DNA of 64,000 nucleotides from Hemiscyllium ocellatum (GCF_020745735.1 NC_083424.1:48532999-48596998); one strand, 5' to 3'; positions 12,211-24,842 are shown, counted from the stretch's first letter. Notes: generated from the letters alone by a model not told the origin. Numbers and translations: made by a program.

Positions 12211-15200
12211 AAGCACTACCGCAGCTAGGCCGTAGAGTGAGGATTAAAAAAAAACAAAAAAAGGGAGTTAAAAAAAAATGGCTCGTGACACCCACATCTT
12301 GTGATTTTTTTTAAATTAAAAGCCTTCTATCACCATCCACCATTTCTTCGCATTAAGGTCATCACATCTTGCCAAGTCTGCCTGGATCCCATGTGGGATC
12401 TTGTGAAAGGCTCTGTTGGAAGTTTAGAATTTTATGCTTTCCGAAGTTACTGCAGTCGAAACAGTCTTCAGCAGTAACTCCTCGACAAACTGTCAGCTAC
12501 TGACTCATCAACTCACAGAAGCAGTGATCATACTCTTACACTCTGTGATTGCAACTACAATTTTCAAGAATACAAAACTTCATATTTTTGCAACCGATTT
12601 AAATGATTTTCAAATGTATTGCAATCAGTTGGAAAAAAAAGATTATCACACGTTGGCTCAATCAGGTAAGGACGGCAGATCTCCACCATTTGGGACATTG
12701 TGCTACTTGTAACATTTTAAGTTTTTACAGCTTTTTTTTAAAAAAAGCCATCGATCTGTTTCGACAAGTATATTTGTCATAACGCATCTGCATCACATAT
12801 GGTACTTGAACCCAGACAAACGGACACTATAACTTCGCTACAAAACCATAAGTTCATGGGTGATGCTGCTTTATTTTTGGCAGTGCCTCAGTTTGTTGGA
12901 CCTTTGGCTTAGAATGACAATGAGCTTTGCCGTCCTCTGATGGTGCTAAACCAAACTTCATGAACGGAAGTATGTTCTAACATCACATCAGAAAATTATT
13001 TTTGCATTTGCTGAAATTTATTAATAATATTTATTCAGCTCCCTGGCGACTCTTCAGTATGCTTTGATTGTTCATTCCTTTATTACATTTACCAATCTAA
13101 ACAGTAGTAACATTGATTTTGAGTAACAAATATATTACAATAAATGTCCCTGTAAAAATAGATACTGAGTACTGAATGGGTTACAAATTGAGGAGATCAG
13201 ATACTAAAAATGATTTGGAGATGCCGACGTTGGACTGGGGTGTACAAAGTTAAAAATCGCACAACACCAGGTTATACTCCAACAGGTTTTATTGGAAGAA
13301 CTGGCTTTTGGAGCACTGCTCCTTCATCAGGTCACAACCACCTGTAGTAGAGGCTAAATCATTATGTCGAATTAGGGATGTAACTGAATCCACTGTCGAT
13401 ACGTTTTGGAAAGCTGTTTGAAGATCTTGAGTCTGTGCGATTTACATCTGAATTTCTGAAGACAATGTCTTCACAGCACAATGTACAGCATGTATTTGGG
13501 AAGAAACATAATCAGCCTGAGTACCGAGAGTAAATTCCCTATGCTTTCTTCCAATTTCCCACGTGGACACAAGTGCAAGCTTAGCTAAAGGACAGCAGAG
13601 GCCCTGTCTCTGAAGTATCTGGAGATCTGTTATGGAAGCCATGGTGGAGTATCAGGAGAATTTGTATAAAACTCTACAGTCTCTCCATCTGATGTAGTGA
13701 GCAAAGTTCACCCTTCACCTCTAAAGCTTCTACCAGTGACCATTGAATAGCAAAGTTGCAGAAAAAAGCACCACGGCATTTTTGACTTCTTGGTTGTGGA
13801 TGATTTGTTGGGAGGGGATTCATCACCTGCAAGACCCTAGCCTTGTGGTGGTGCCTTTTTGGACGAGAGGAAGGAAGGGGATGCTTTGCAAAAATTCTGA
13901 AAGCTATGTCGTGGAGCCAACCCCTGACATATTGTCACCTCCAGCTGTATTTCTCCCCATAGGTGCGCTGAGTACACAAATGGCAATCCTCCTGGCAGTG
14001 GTAGAATGGGAATTGAGGCACTGAGGAGCTAATGAACCAGCATTCTCCTGTCAGCAAGGAGACCCGACTGCAATTATCTGGACCTCTACAGGGTTATGTT
14101 AAAAGCTGGGGAAAGTTCTAAGGCAGCACATGAGAAGCAAATACAGTCATATGGAGGTATATTCCCCGCAGATTGATGCCTCAAGTGCTTTTAATTCTTG
14201 TAATGCTTTCATGTCTATGCCTTGGTGCTGCTGACAAAGTCAATATCTGTTGCCCATCTCTAATGGCCCATGAAGTGAAAGGCTTTCTGGGCCATTTCAG
14301 AAGTCATTAAGAGTCAGTGGCTTCGCTGCTGTTCTGGAGTCACGAGCAGACCAAACCAGGGAAAGGATCCCGTATTTTTTTCTATAAGGGCTATTAGTAA
14401 ACCAGAGTGATTTGAAAATATTTGGTAGCAGTTGTTCTGGTCACCATTACTGAGACTAGCTCCATATTCTACATGGTGTAATTGAATTGAATTTCTCAAG
14501 CTGTCGTCTGCACTTCCCCATAACATTAACGTTGGGAGGCTAGTCCGGAAAAATTACCACGAGGCTGTTGAGTTGCCGTATAAACTGCTGGCCACACCCT
14601 CTTATTTTCACTCTCTGACTCCTTCCTCACTTTCTCTTATTTTGCCTTCCATTTATATTTTATCCGATCAGCTAGGCCAAAGTTCCTTATTGCCCCATCC
14701 AGGCGTTAAAATTGAGGCAGACTGTCGTTTCGAAGAGTGTGGTGCTGGAAAAGCACAGCCAGTCAGGCAGCATCCGAGATGCAGGAGAATCAACGTTTTG
14801 AGCATAAGCCGTTTATCAAGAATTCTGCTGAAAGGCTTATGCGCGAAACGTCCATTCTCCTGCTCCTCACATGCTGCCTAGCCAGCTGTGCTTTTCCAGT
14901 GACTCCAGACCCACAGCAATGTGGCTGACTTTTAACTAGCTAATTAAGGATGGGCAATAAATGCTGACCTAGCTAGTGATACACACGTCCAATGACTAAA
15001 AAAGAATTCCTGATCTTCCAGTGGCCTTCCGGATACAATAACACATGTTCACCACTGGAAACTTGATTTCAATTTGATATGTTCCGTTTAAAGTTTTGTT
15101 TTTGACACAATGACGTGAAATGCCTCTTTCAAATGGGCTTTCTTTCTTTTGTCTTTTTATATCATTTATCAACACAGAGATCACAAATGTTGACCTTTCT

Positions 15201-15397
15201 GTCAGTGTAGTCTAACTATGATTCTAAACAAGTTGAACAGAACCTCCTAGTAGTTGAATGTCATCCCTTTAAGAAGGCCTGTGTACGGGCTCTGCATCGG
15301 GTTAAAATGTTACTTTATGCATTAACCAATAATGGGTTTCAAGAGGCAAGATCATGCCAGTGGGCCTGATAATGAACTGCTTGGGGTCAATAGTGAC

Positions 15398-15647
15398 GAT
15401 TACTTACAGTGTGGAAATAGGCCCTTCGGCCCAACAAGTCCACACCGACCTGCATCCCACCCAACAGTACGGGCAATTTAGCATGGCCAATTCACCTAAC
15501 CTGCACACTTTTGCGTCTGTGGAAACCCACGCAGACACGTGGAGAATGTGCAAACTCCACACAGTCAGTCGCCTGAGATGGGAATTGAACGCGGGTCTCA
15601 TGATGCTGTGAGGCAGCAGGGATAATCACTGTGCCACCCTGCCGCCC
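15398..15647 (-). mobile_element. HE1-type tRNA-derived shark SINE
   Basis: tRNA-like head (A/B boxes), central ctgtgtggagtttgca..gtgggtttcc domain and ..acactgtaagtaatc tail. Confidence 0.88.
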
Positions 15648-16467
15648 ATGCATGATGGTGGTTTGCTGACACTGATGAAAATTCAACACACTTGGAAAAC
15701 TCACTTGGTCTCTAATTAGAAACCGTGGTGTATTTGAAAGATTTTTTTTCTTCACTGTCATTCTGTTTAATTAGCAAGGCAATCAAAAAGGAATTGCCAT
15801 TTTGGGATTGGAGAGTGTAAAGAAATGACCAACTTTATATAACGCAGTTCACAGCTTTGGATCGTGGCCAGGGTTCATCGCCTATAAAATACTTTCTAAC
15901 TGTGGTCTCAACTCCATATTGTTACCTACCCGTTGATCTATCTCGTCCAGCCTTAACGCATCCAGTGTTCCAGCCTAACAGTGCTCTCTGGAGAAGGGAA
16001 TTCCAAAGAATCTGAGAGAAAAACAAGCCCTCATGTTCGGCTTAAGTAGATGACCTCTTATTTTTACACTCTGTCTCCTTCTTCAGATCCCCCTCAAAAT
16101 AACATCTCACCACTTCTGTTAATTTTTCTTATTGTTTTGCCTGAACTCCTTCCTGACCGACTTTTAAAAAAATAATCTAGACGCCAATGCTTAAATATTT
16201 GAATATTTCTCTGTATTTTTCGCAACTGTTTAACGTACGGGTTCCCTCGCAGGAAGGGGAGAAGAATGCGCAGGAAAATATCACAAATCCATCAGCTCCT
16301 GCAAATCCATTAGCTAATAAGAAAGTATCAATTATTGGAGGTACACACTGGAGTCAGTCGGTATCTGCCGGTCAGCCATCCCTTTCTGACACTCTCCCTG
16401 TGAAACCCTTCTGGTGCATTTGCCCTTCATGTTGTGAGCGATACAACATTTTGCGTACTCAAGGTAT

Positions 16468-16473
16468 TTTATT
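16468..16473 (-). terminator. Probable polyadenylation signal of cluster A
   Basis: AATAAA on the minus strand about 220 nt downstream of the C stop codon. Confidence 0.55.
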
Positions 16474-16689
16474 ATTTAATCAGGTCTCATTGTAAGACAT
16501 TGATACAGTACACGGAAATTAAATGGCGTTATCTTGCTTAGAGATATGAAGGTCAAAACCTTGAAGGAATCAACATTGTAAAATTGGATGGGTTTCAAAT
16601 TAAGAAACAAATTATGAAATGGAAAGTTATTTTTAACAGTAACACAGAAAATACAACATTTGTAACAATAAAGCATTCTAACATCTTCA

Positions 16690-17018
16690 TCAGATGCAGC
16701 TTGATTTCCTGATGCTTTGCTCAAGTGTGGAGCTGAGGGTCTGGTGTTGCACTCCGCAGGAGTAAAGCTCGTGTGAGGTCCACTCAGAAGCTGGCAGGGT
16801 GAGGTAACTGCTTACACTGTACGTCTGGTCAGAGTCCTGTAGGGTTGAGCTCGTCTGGATGCCGGTCTGCCTGACTTTGCCGTCCACACTCCACACCAAC
16901 GTCACCGACTCCGGGTAGAAATGACTGACCATACACACCAGCGTCGCCTCGTTGGCTCCTGCAATCTGCTGTTCAGATGGGGGGAGGAGCAACACTGTGG
17001 GCTTGCTTGGCTGACGAC
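16690..17018 (-). CDS. IGL: Ig light-chain lambda-type constant exon, cluster A (intact)
   Basis: Acceptor cttctag ending at 17019. Frame (S)RQPSKPTVLLLPPS..ATLVCMVSHFYP..VWSVDG..TYSVSSYLTL..EW..HELYSCGVQHQ..SSCI-stop has both C1-set Cys, the Trp and the penultimate interchain Cys. Splice phase matches the J donor at 22762. Confidence 0.97.
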
Positions 17019-17341
17019 CTAGAAGCGAAAGGCCAAACACTCCTTGTGAGTTCACTTACACATATGAAAAATAAACTGTGTTAAACCCGTATTTAAACGC
17101 CGAATATGTCTGATTCTGAGCTGCAGAGACTTGTACTTGCCATGGGTTTGTATTTCTGAGAAATTTTACTTGGATGCATATATACTCATTAGTAAGTTCA
17201 ACAAACGTATACAAAGCCGAATATCCTTAAACTGCAACTAGAAAACGAAGCGTTCTGTCACTCAGTCTTGCCGAAGAGTCTGAAAATTGCTGTTGTGGCG
17301 CAGACATATTTACAATGGGCTAAAAAAAGTCTGATTTTTTT

Positions 17342-17636
17342 TTAGATTACTTACAGTGTGGAAACAGGCCCTTCGGCCCAACAAGTTCACACCGACCCGC
17401 CGAAGCGCAACCCACCCATACCCCTTACCTAACACTACGGACAATTTAGCATGGCCAATTCACCTGACCTGCACATCTTTGGACTGTGAGAAGAAACCGG
17501 AGCACCCGGAGGAAACCCACGCAGACACGGGGAGAACGTGCAAACTCCACACAGTCAGTCGCCTGAGGCAGGAATTGAACCCAGGTTCCTGGCGCTGTGA
17601 GGCAGCAGTGCTAACCACTGTGCCACCGTGCCGCCC
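17342..17636 (-). mobile_element. HE1-type SINE, full length (in J-C intron of cluster A)
   Basis: Reverse complement reads ggcggcacggtggcacagtggttagcactgctgcctcacagcgccagg..gggttcaattcc..acactgtaagtaatcta. Confidence 0.93.
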
Positions 17637-18239
17637 TTTTGACGCCTAGCTCTCAAAAATCGATATACATAATGGCAAGGAGGAGTGGTTCTTTGTGAAA
17701 TAGTACAGCATTTGACTCTGGGGGGCTGCATTTTGAGAGCACTGCAGCATCAAACGCTGTGTTCCAGTAAGATGGTGGTCATGACATTCGACTAAGAGGT
17801 GAAAAGAGCCCAGTTCACAATCAGGCCAAAATCATCAATGCTGCCCTTATTTGGGGTTGGTGTGATGCAGTGGCAGCATCCCTACCTTTTGAGGCTTGGG
17901 ATTCAGTTTTAAGTCCCATTCATTCGGGTATTGTGTAATAAACAGACACTCTGCTTGCTGGCAACTACCGAAATAAAAACTGGCACAAAGTCTTTTGTAT
18001 TCACAAACATAGAAATTGCTCGGAAAACTCAGCAGATCTAGAAAAACTGAAGAAAGGTCACTGGAACTTTGAACATTCTTTCCAAAGACGCTCCACGTTC
18101 GCAGTCCCCAATACTCACTATCTGAACATTTCCTGATGAGCACCCTTAATGTATTTGTGTGGACAATTTCAGGCATAAAATACGTCTAAACCACAGGCAT
18201 GTTATTTTAAACCCGACTGCTTTGTGACAGAATCGAAGA

Positions 18240-18380
18240 ATGTGATGCTGGAAAAGCACAGCCGGCCAGGCAGCACCCGAGGAGCAGGAGAATCGACGTT
18301 TTGAGCATTAGCTCTTCATCAGGAAAAAAAAAATCCTCTTTGACTCTGATCTCCAGCATCTGCAGTCTTCACTTTCTGTC
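18240..18380 (-). mobile_element. Penelope-type tail with mutated hammerhead core, sense to cluster A pre-mRNA
   Basis: Minus strand reads TC CTGATGA A GAGC TAAT GCTC AAA ACGT C GA (18324-18293); G12 is replaced by A. Confidence 0.8.
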
Positions 18381-20811
18381 TTGTGACAGAGACTGGCTTC
18401 CATTTCAAATTGCGGAGCAATGTGTACAGACTTCCACGAACATCAAGCAAAGACAACTTTTACCCAAATTGTACATTTGACACACCCTTAGTCCGGCCCG
18501 TCTGAATTGATGTGAAACTAAAAAAAGTGACATTTATTTCAACTACATGATTTAATTCAAGTACTTCAAAAATGTCCTTTCTGGTGATGTGCGCTGATAT
18601 CTGAAACTATTAATCATTTTTGACGAAAATTGAACCATTATGCTTCAGGACGTGATATAACCACAAGTGAACTTCCAATTACAGGAGACTTATGGATATT
18701 CACACATGTCGGCAATTAAATAAGGTGAATATAGCAAGTTGCGTTAGAGCTCTGTGATGCAGTGTTCCGACCTCCTATCTATTTCGGGGGTGTATAAACA
18801 CACTTCGAAACAAAAATTATCTGCAACAGATTACACCAATTCGATTTTTGAACCAATACTACCGAATATTATTAATATTGAATCGTCCTTCACGATGACT
18901 TCTAAATTGCGTTAGTTATATTTTAGATTGATTGTCCCAGTATCACTCGGCTGAATTTTATTTACTCCTACGAAGACTACTGACCACTAGCAATGCCAAA
19001 ACAAAGTTAGGCAGAATTATCTGGAGGGGATCATCAGTTGTGCCTGGTTATTCCTTTCTCTGATAGGTTCACGAGAAAATTACCGAACTCATTTACATAC
19101 ATACGCCTGTGACTGTACCAGAAACGTTTTCTAAATTATTTGTGTTAAGTCTAAACAGAATATGGGTTTTCCATTATTCATATTCCCTAGCGCAACGTCT
19201 TTGATCTGCAAATCCTAAGCTATATTTTCCAATGTATCTTTTTCTTACCAATAAAACACGTCACCGGAATCACTGTATTCAGCCCAATCGGCCAGTTATT
19301 GCCGAATTCTACCGAGGGGCCCGATTTCCAAGAGATTAGCCAAATCCAAGATCCACATTTAGACCCAAATTACAGCGCGGGTTCAGGAATGTCGCTGCGA
19401 GAGTTTATATTTCACCCGAATTCCCCGTTTGAATGTCAGGATCTGCCTCCACCACAGCCTCAGGCAGTACATTCCCGATCCTGAACACACCGCGTCTAAT
19501 ATGTTTCTCCTCGTGTCGCCTTTAGTTCTTTTGCGTTTCACTGTAAATCTCTGTTGTTTGGTTTGCCACCATTCCAGCAAGGGGAACATTTCTCCCAGTG
19601 GACTCTGCCTAGACATTGCATGGTCCTGGACGTCCCTATCAAATCTTGTCAGCTCCTCATTTTCTTTCAGGAGAACACTCTGCTTCTTGAATCAATCTGC
19701 ATCACTGAAGCTCTGAACAGTGGAACCATTTTCATGCATGTTTTCTTTTCACATCTGTCTCGAAAGCCCTCACAATCCCTGCCAACTTGATCCGAAAGCA
19801 CCTGATGTGGACGATTTAGTGTGTTATGAAAGTTCATGAAAACTTCCTGAAGGTAGTCTAATTCTACCTGCCGATGTGGAACATGGTCATGAAATCACCC
19901 CGTGGTTTGGTGCGATTTACACGAATGGTCTGCAAATGGAAACAACGTTGACCCCCGTTTCTACATGGGTTATCTTCATGAGTTTGAGCAGAGGTCGGCC
20001 AAAGGCAGATATTTTACTAGCCCATGGGGGTAGTGTTGGTGTGGGACGGGTTCCATGGGATTCATGGAATATAACGTGTTGGTTGAGTCCCCCGATTGTT
20101 TCCTATCAACATGGGCTTTTTCAAGACGGATCTCCAGTTGTTAATGGTTACCCGCTCACGCAGCGGTGGGAAATGGAGGGTAGAATTAGCACCAGTCAGC
20201 ATTGGCGTGCCATTTTTACTGGAGGTGAGCAGAGCCCTCAGTCGATGTGCTCGCAGCAGCTTTATGCAGATTGCATGAAATTTTGTGGGGATCATCTCAC
20301 GATATAACTCTCTATTTGACTCTCTGCGCTCACCTCTGCTCCTGGAGGCTGCCCCCATCCCCCCGCTCCTCACTGACGTCGACTCCATGGTAAATCCATG
20401 AATGCTGGAGAGGAGACGGCCGAAGCGCCGCTGCGCCTAATATTAAGCCAGCGAGTGCGCAACTCAAACAGGAGGGCTCAAACAAGTTATTCCCTTCATC
20501 TGCCTGTAAAAATAAACTAATTTCTCGTCTCTCGGTCATTGAATGATTCGGGCGGACGTTTGGGGTACTTGAGGATTGGAAGAGGCTTGGAACACGACTG
20601 AAATATCAAGTTACACTTAGTTAAGGGAAACTCGCAGTTCCAACATGAAAACGAGTTTCAATTTCTATCCATCACAATGTTTCAAGCTATTTGGATTTAA
20701 ACCGCCATATCATTGATTATTGGAGAACATGGTAGGACTCCAAAACGAAGCTTCTTAAGATTTTAAAAACGTCTGATACATTAAATATATCACATACTAA
20801 TAAACCTGGTA

Positions 20812-21965
20812 TTTCTTTTGAGGATGTAACTCTGAAGATGGACGAGGGAGATCCAGTAGATGTAGTGTACCTGGACTTCCAGAAAGCTTTTGATAAAGTC
20901 CCACATAGGAGGTTAGTGAGCAAAATTAGGGCGCACGATATTCGGGGCAAAGTATTAACTTGGGTTGAAAGTTGGTTGGCTGAGAGGAAACAAAGGGTAG
21001 TGATAAATGGCTCCATTTTGGAATGGCAGGCAGTGACCAGTGGGGCACTGCAGGGGTTAGTGCTGCGACCGCAGCTTTTTACAATATATGTTAATGATAT
21101 GGAAGATGGTATTAGTAATAACATTAGCAAATTTGCGATGATACTAAGCTGGGTGGCAGGGTGAAATGTGAGGAAGATGTTAGGAAATTACAGGGTGACC
21201 TGGACAAGTTAGGTGAGTAATCAGATGCATGGCAGATGCAGTTTAATGTGGATTAATGTTTGGTTATCCACTTTGGTGGCAAGAACAGGAAGGTAGATTA
21301 CTACCTTAATGGAATCAATTTAGGTAAAGGGGCAGTGCAAAGAGATCTGGGTGTTCTTGTACACCAGTCAATGAAGGTAAGCATGCAGCTACAGCAGGTA
21401 GTGAAGAAGGCTAATAGCATGCTGGCCTTCATAACAAGAGGGATTGATTTTAGAAGCAAAGAGGTTCTTCTGCAGCTGTACAGGGCCCTGGTGAGACCAC
21501 ACCTGGAGTACTGTGTGCAGTTCTGGTCTCCAAATTTGAGGAAAGACATTCTGGCTATTGAGGGAGTGCAGCGTAGGTTCACGAGGTCAATTCCTGGAAT
21601 GGTGGGACTACCTTACACTGAAAGACTGGAGCGACTGGGCTTGTATACCCTTGAGTTTAGAAGACTGAGAGAGGATCTTATTGAGACATATAAGATTATT
21701 AAAGGATTGGACACTCTGGAGGCAGGAAACATGTTTCCACTGATGGGTGCGTGCCAAACCAGAGGACACAGCTTACAAATATATGGAAGACCATTTAGGA
21801 CAGAGATGAGGAGAAACTTCTTCACCCAGAGAGTGGTGGGTGTGTGGAATGCTCTGCCCCAGAGGGCAGTGGAGGCCCAGTCTCTGGATTAATTTAAGAA
21901 AGAGTTGGATAGAGTTCTCAAGGCTAGTGGAATCAAGGGTTTTGGAGATAAGGCAGGAACAGGAC
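20812..21965 (+). mobile_element. CR1 LINE 3' half (RT), relatively young, antisense in J-C intron of cluster A
   Basis: ORFs 20838-21164 (VDVVYLDFQKAFDKVPHRRL..QGLVL.PQLFTIYVND) and 21260-21892 (LYRALVRPHLEYCVQFWSP..IEGVQRRFTR). Confidence 0.95.
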
Positions 21966-22762
21966 ACTGAAATTTCAGCTACAGATCGACTTTCCCTTCT
22001 GTAATATCACTGGTTCTTAAAATCAGTTCATCACAGTTTTAACCTGAGTTTTAACATTGGGCTATGGTGACAGATCCGAATGTAGTTTAGGATTGCCTTA
22101 TCATTTGCTGGTGGTAAACGATAGATTGCCCCTGTCTCCCACACACATACTGCACATCTCATTCAGTACAAGCAATGTATTTGGTTCGTAACAGTGCAGG
22201 TCAACTCATGCTCACTGATTTTGTAGAAGGAGCAGCGATGGAAAGAGGGCAAATTCTCAGAACATTGCTCAGCATTGAGTCCCCCACTTTGACACCGCTA
22301 TGAGCATCCTCCTTGATTGTGTGACAGGCTAGAGCTACCAAAGGGAACCAGGTATACAGAGAATGCATTCAACATCGAGTTACTTCTATATAGGGTGTCA
22401 GTTAGTTCAGTTGCCTGGATGGCTGTTAAGCGGGGGTTCAATTTTTAGACCAGTTGAGGTTACCATGAAAGGTCCAGCTTTTCAACCTCTCCCCTCACCT
22501 GATGCCTCTCATGTTAAACCAGCTCCACTTCTCTCTCTCTCTCTCGCTAATGTGTGCACCGTCCTCTGGGAACATTATTCTTTTCACACCGCATTGTAAT
22601 TTTAATTTTTAAAAATAAACGATTCTATAGTTTGTTTGATGTAACAGCGGGCAAATCAGATTCAGTCTCAGGACCAATTTTGTAGGAAATTGACAAAACA
22701 AACATTGCGTTTACATGCCGAAAAGCAATTTGATTTAGAGGCGTAAAGAATAAGTCACTTAC

Positions 22763-23107
22763 TCAGAATATTCAGCCTGGTTCCGCTCCCGAAGTACCCG
22801 ATGTAGCTATCGTCATATGAGTAACAGTAATAATCGCCAGCGTCCTCCGGCTGCACATTAGTGATGGTCAAATATCCCACGTTGGTTGATTCTTCTTCCA
22901 GGCCTGTAAATCTCTCCGAGATACCCTCACCTCTGTCATCGGTCCCATACAGGATAAATCTTGGGGCTCTGTCTCGTTTCTGGTGGTACCAAAAAACATA
23001 GCTTTCTGAAAGGTCGATTCCGTGGACTGTACAGGTCAGGCGAACAGTTTCTCCAGGTGTTGTGGACTCGGAAGCTGGTTGGACCAAGCGGACCTCCGCG
23101 CTCGTGT
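22763..23107 (-). CDS. IGL: Germline-joined V-J exon of Ig light chain, cluster A (divergent lambda)
   Basis: Acceptor ctgttttacag ending at 23108. Translation (Y)TSA-EVRLVQPASESTTPGETVRLTC..WYHQK..RFTG..LTITNVQPEDAGDYYC-YSYDDSYIGY-FGSGTRLNIL, then donor GTAAGT at 22762. V and J are contiguous with no RSS. Confidence 0.96.
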
Positions 23108-23274
23108 CTGTAAAACAGATAAACCATTTCATGATTAAAATCCACCGGTAAAAACGAACACCGTTCGACAACGTTACATTCAGATCATTATCAGACTGTG
23201 GATTAGGCCTAGGCTTTGTTTTAAAAGAAAAAATCCTAACGCTAAAGAAATTACAAATATTTGATGACACTTAC

Positions 23275-23320
23275 AGGTCAGGCCAATTGTGAGCAAAAGC
23301 AGAACAAGAGTAGCGACCAT
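23275..23320 (-). CDS. IGL: Leader exon of cluster A (MVATLVLLLLTIGLT)
   Basis: ATG at 23320, hydrophobic signal peptide, phase-1 donor GTAAGT at 23274, 167-nt intron to the V exon. Confidence 0.92.
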
Positions 23321-23375
23321 TGTGACGGTGCTGTTGAAGAATGAATATCCAATGTTTCGGATCAGTGAATGTAAA

Positions 23376-23459
23376 CTTTTATATCAAGGCTGGACCAACT
23401 TAAATATCACCGTCTTATTAAATAGGCAAACATATTGTCGTCCCGAAAGCGTTGATTGG
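23376..23459 (-). promoter_or_regulatory. Cluster A V promoter: TATAAAAG, degenerate octamer GTTTGCCT, CCAAT
   Basis: TATAAAAG at 23383-23376, GTTTGCCT at 23431-23424 and CCAAT at 23459-23455, all on the minus strand upstream of the leader ATG. Confidence 0.6.
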
Positions 23460-24842
23460 TCACCCGAGCAGTATCCAGGTTCTTGTAGCCAATTGTATCA
23501 GTCACAGTGATTCGAAACAGGAAATTCACACGATAGAATTCAGCTTGTCCACTCTCCCTCCTCCTCACTAAGACGTACCTCTTTACATTATCGCTGTGAC
23601 TTTAACAAAAATCCAAAGGCTAAAATATTTCCAAGCTAATATTTTGTAAAACCTAAAATTTGATCATATTTTACATTTTAAATCCCTTATAATTCGCATT
23701 TTCAGTCGCGTAATGTACTTAACAATTTTGTCATTAAAGCATTGACATTGATTCCTAATTCAAAAATGAATGAATATATCAACGTTTGTACTGTTTACTT
23801 TACACTTAAAATATGTAGTGGGCAATTTTTAATCGTGTGGAAAGTACAAAGTACTGCAAATGTAATTTACTGGTAAACTTATAAAATTCTAATCTTACTT
23901 TTCTTAAAATAATTAGTGCATAATGGCGGATTAAATTCACACATCTGAAATATCCAAGATTGAAAACATTTAATTTGTGTTCTCTCTCTATTTTTACCCT
24001 TGCTGTCACATTGCTGCAATGCTCCTTTAAATCACAAATTTCCAGCAAAAAATTAATTGTAAAATTTCTGGGCTTTCAGGCATCGATATTGGTACAAAGG
24101 GTAACTCTTTCACGAATTGACCTCTCTTATATGTGTCATAGGGTAACATTTATGAGTTATCGCTAAACAACACAGATATTTCGCTAAAGGAATGAAAGGG
24201 TATAGGTTTGATGCTTCTTGTAGGACGCCATCGCGAAAATAGGGCCACAACAAATGCCGTTTATGACGAATTTCCAAATGTTGTAAATCGAATAGTAACA
24301 AAAGATCGGTCTTTTGAACTGAACAAATTGCTGTTCGAGTGATTCTGTGCGTAACGTCTTTAAGTCGTAGTTCTCGGAGCTTCAGAATTCTGTGCATTTA
24401 CGTTAGCATTGAATAAAGTTGGCTACTTGGAATTTAAAGGGTGTAAGAGAAATATTATTATAAATCACTGAGAGTTGTGAGGGGTTCATATTTTGCTTGC
24501 AGTCCTCTGACCATTTTTAGAACGGGAAATCCCCGGACAGAAGCTGCTCAGAGATAAGCAATGCAGTCAGCCTTTGGTAAAGGACAAAATAAGCAAATGT
24601 CAACGATATATTTAGTGTTTCTATATGTACACGCTGTTACACTGAAGTCGGATATTCCACGTGTATAATGCACGATAACCTACTCATCTAGCAGTACCTT
24701 CTTGCAACTTTTATCGTGCAATTAATGACCTTCAGTCGTGAGATTTTTGTGTCATTTATTGTTGAAGTCAAAATTGCCTTCCTCTACATGTGTTCCAATA
24801 TAGTGTAATGAGCTACAAAATAACGGCATGAGCCCTTATTTT

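Noticed and set aside
16667-16672. AATAAA right after the cluster A stop codon
   Set aside because: It is on the plus strand, opposite to the gene.
17570-17636. tRNA-like sequence with A and B boxes
   Set aside because: It is a SINE head; there is no complete cloverleaf, and it continues into the SINE body and tail.
23503-23541. Perfect heptamer CACAGTG upstream of the cluster A promoter
   Set aside because: No nonamer-like sequence at 12- or 23-nt spacing, and it is not adjacent to a coding segment.
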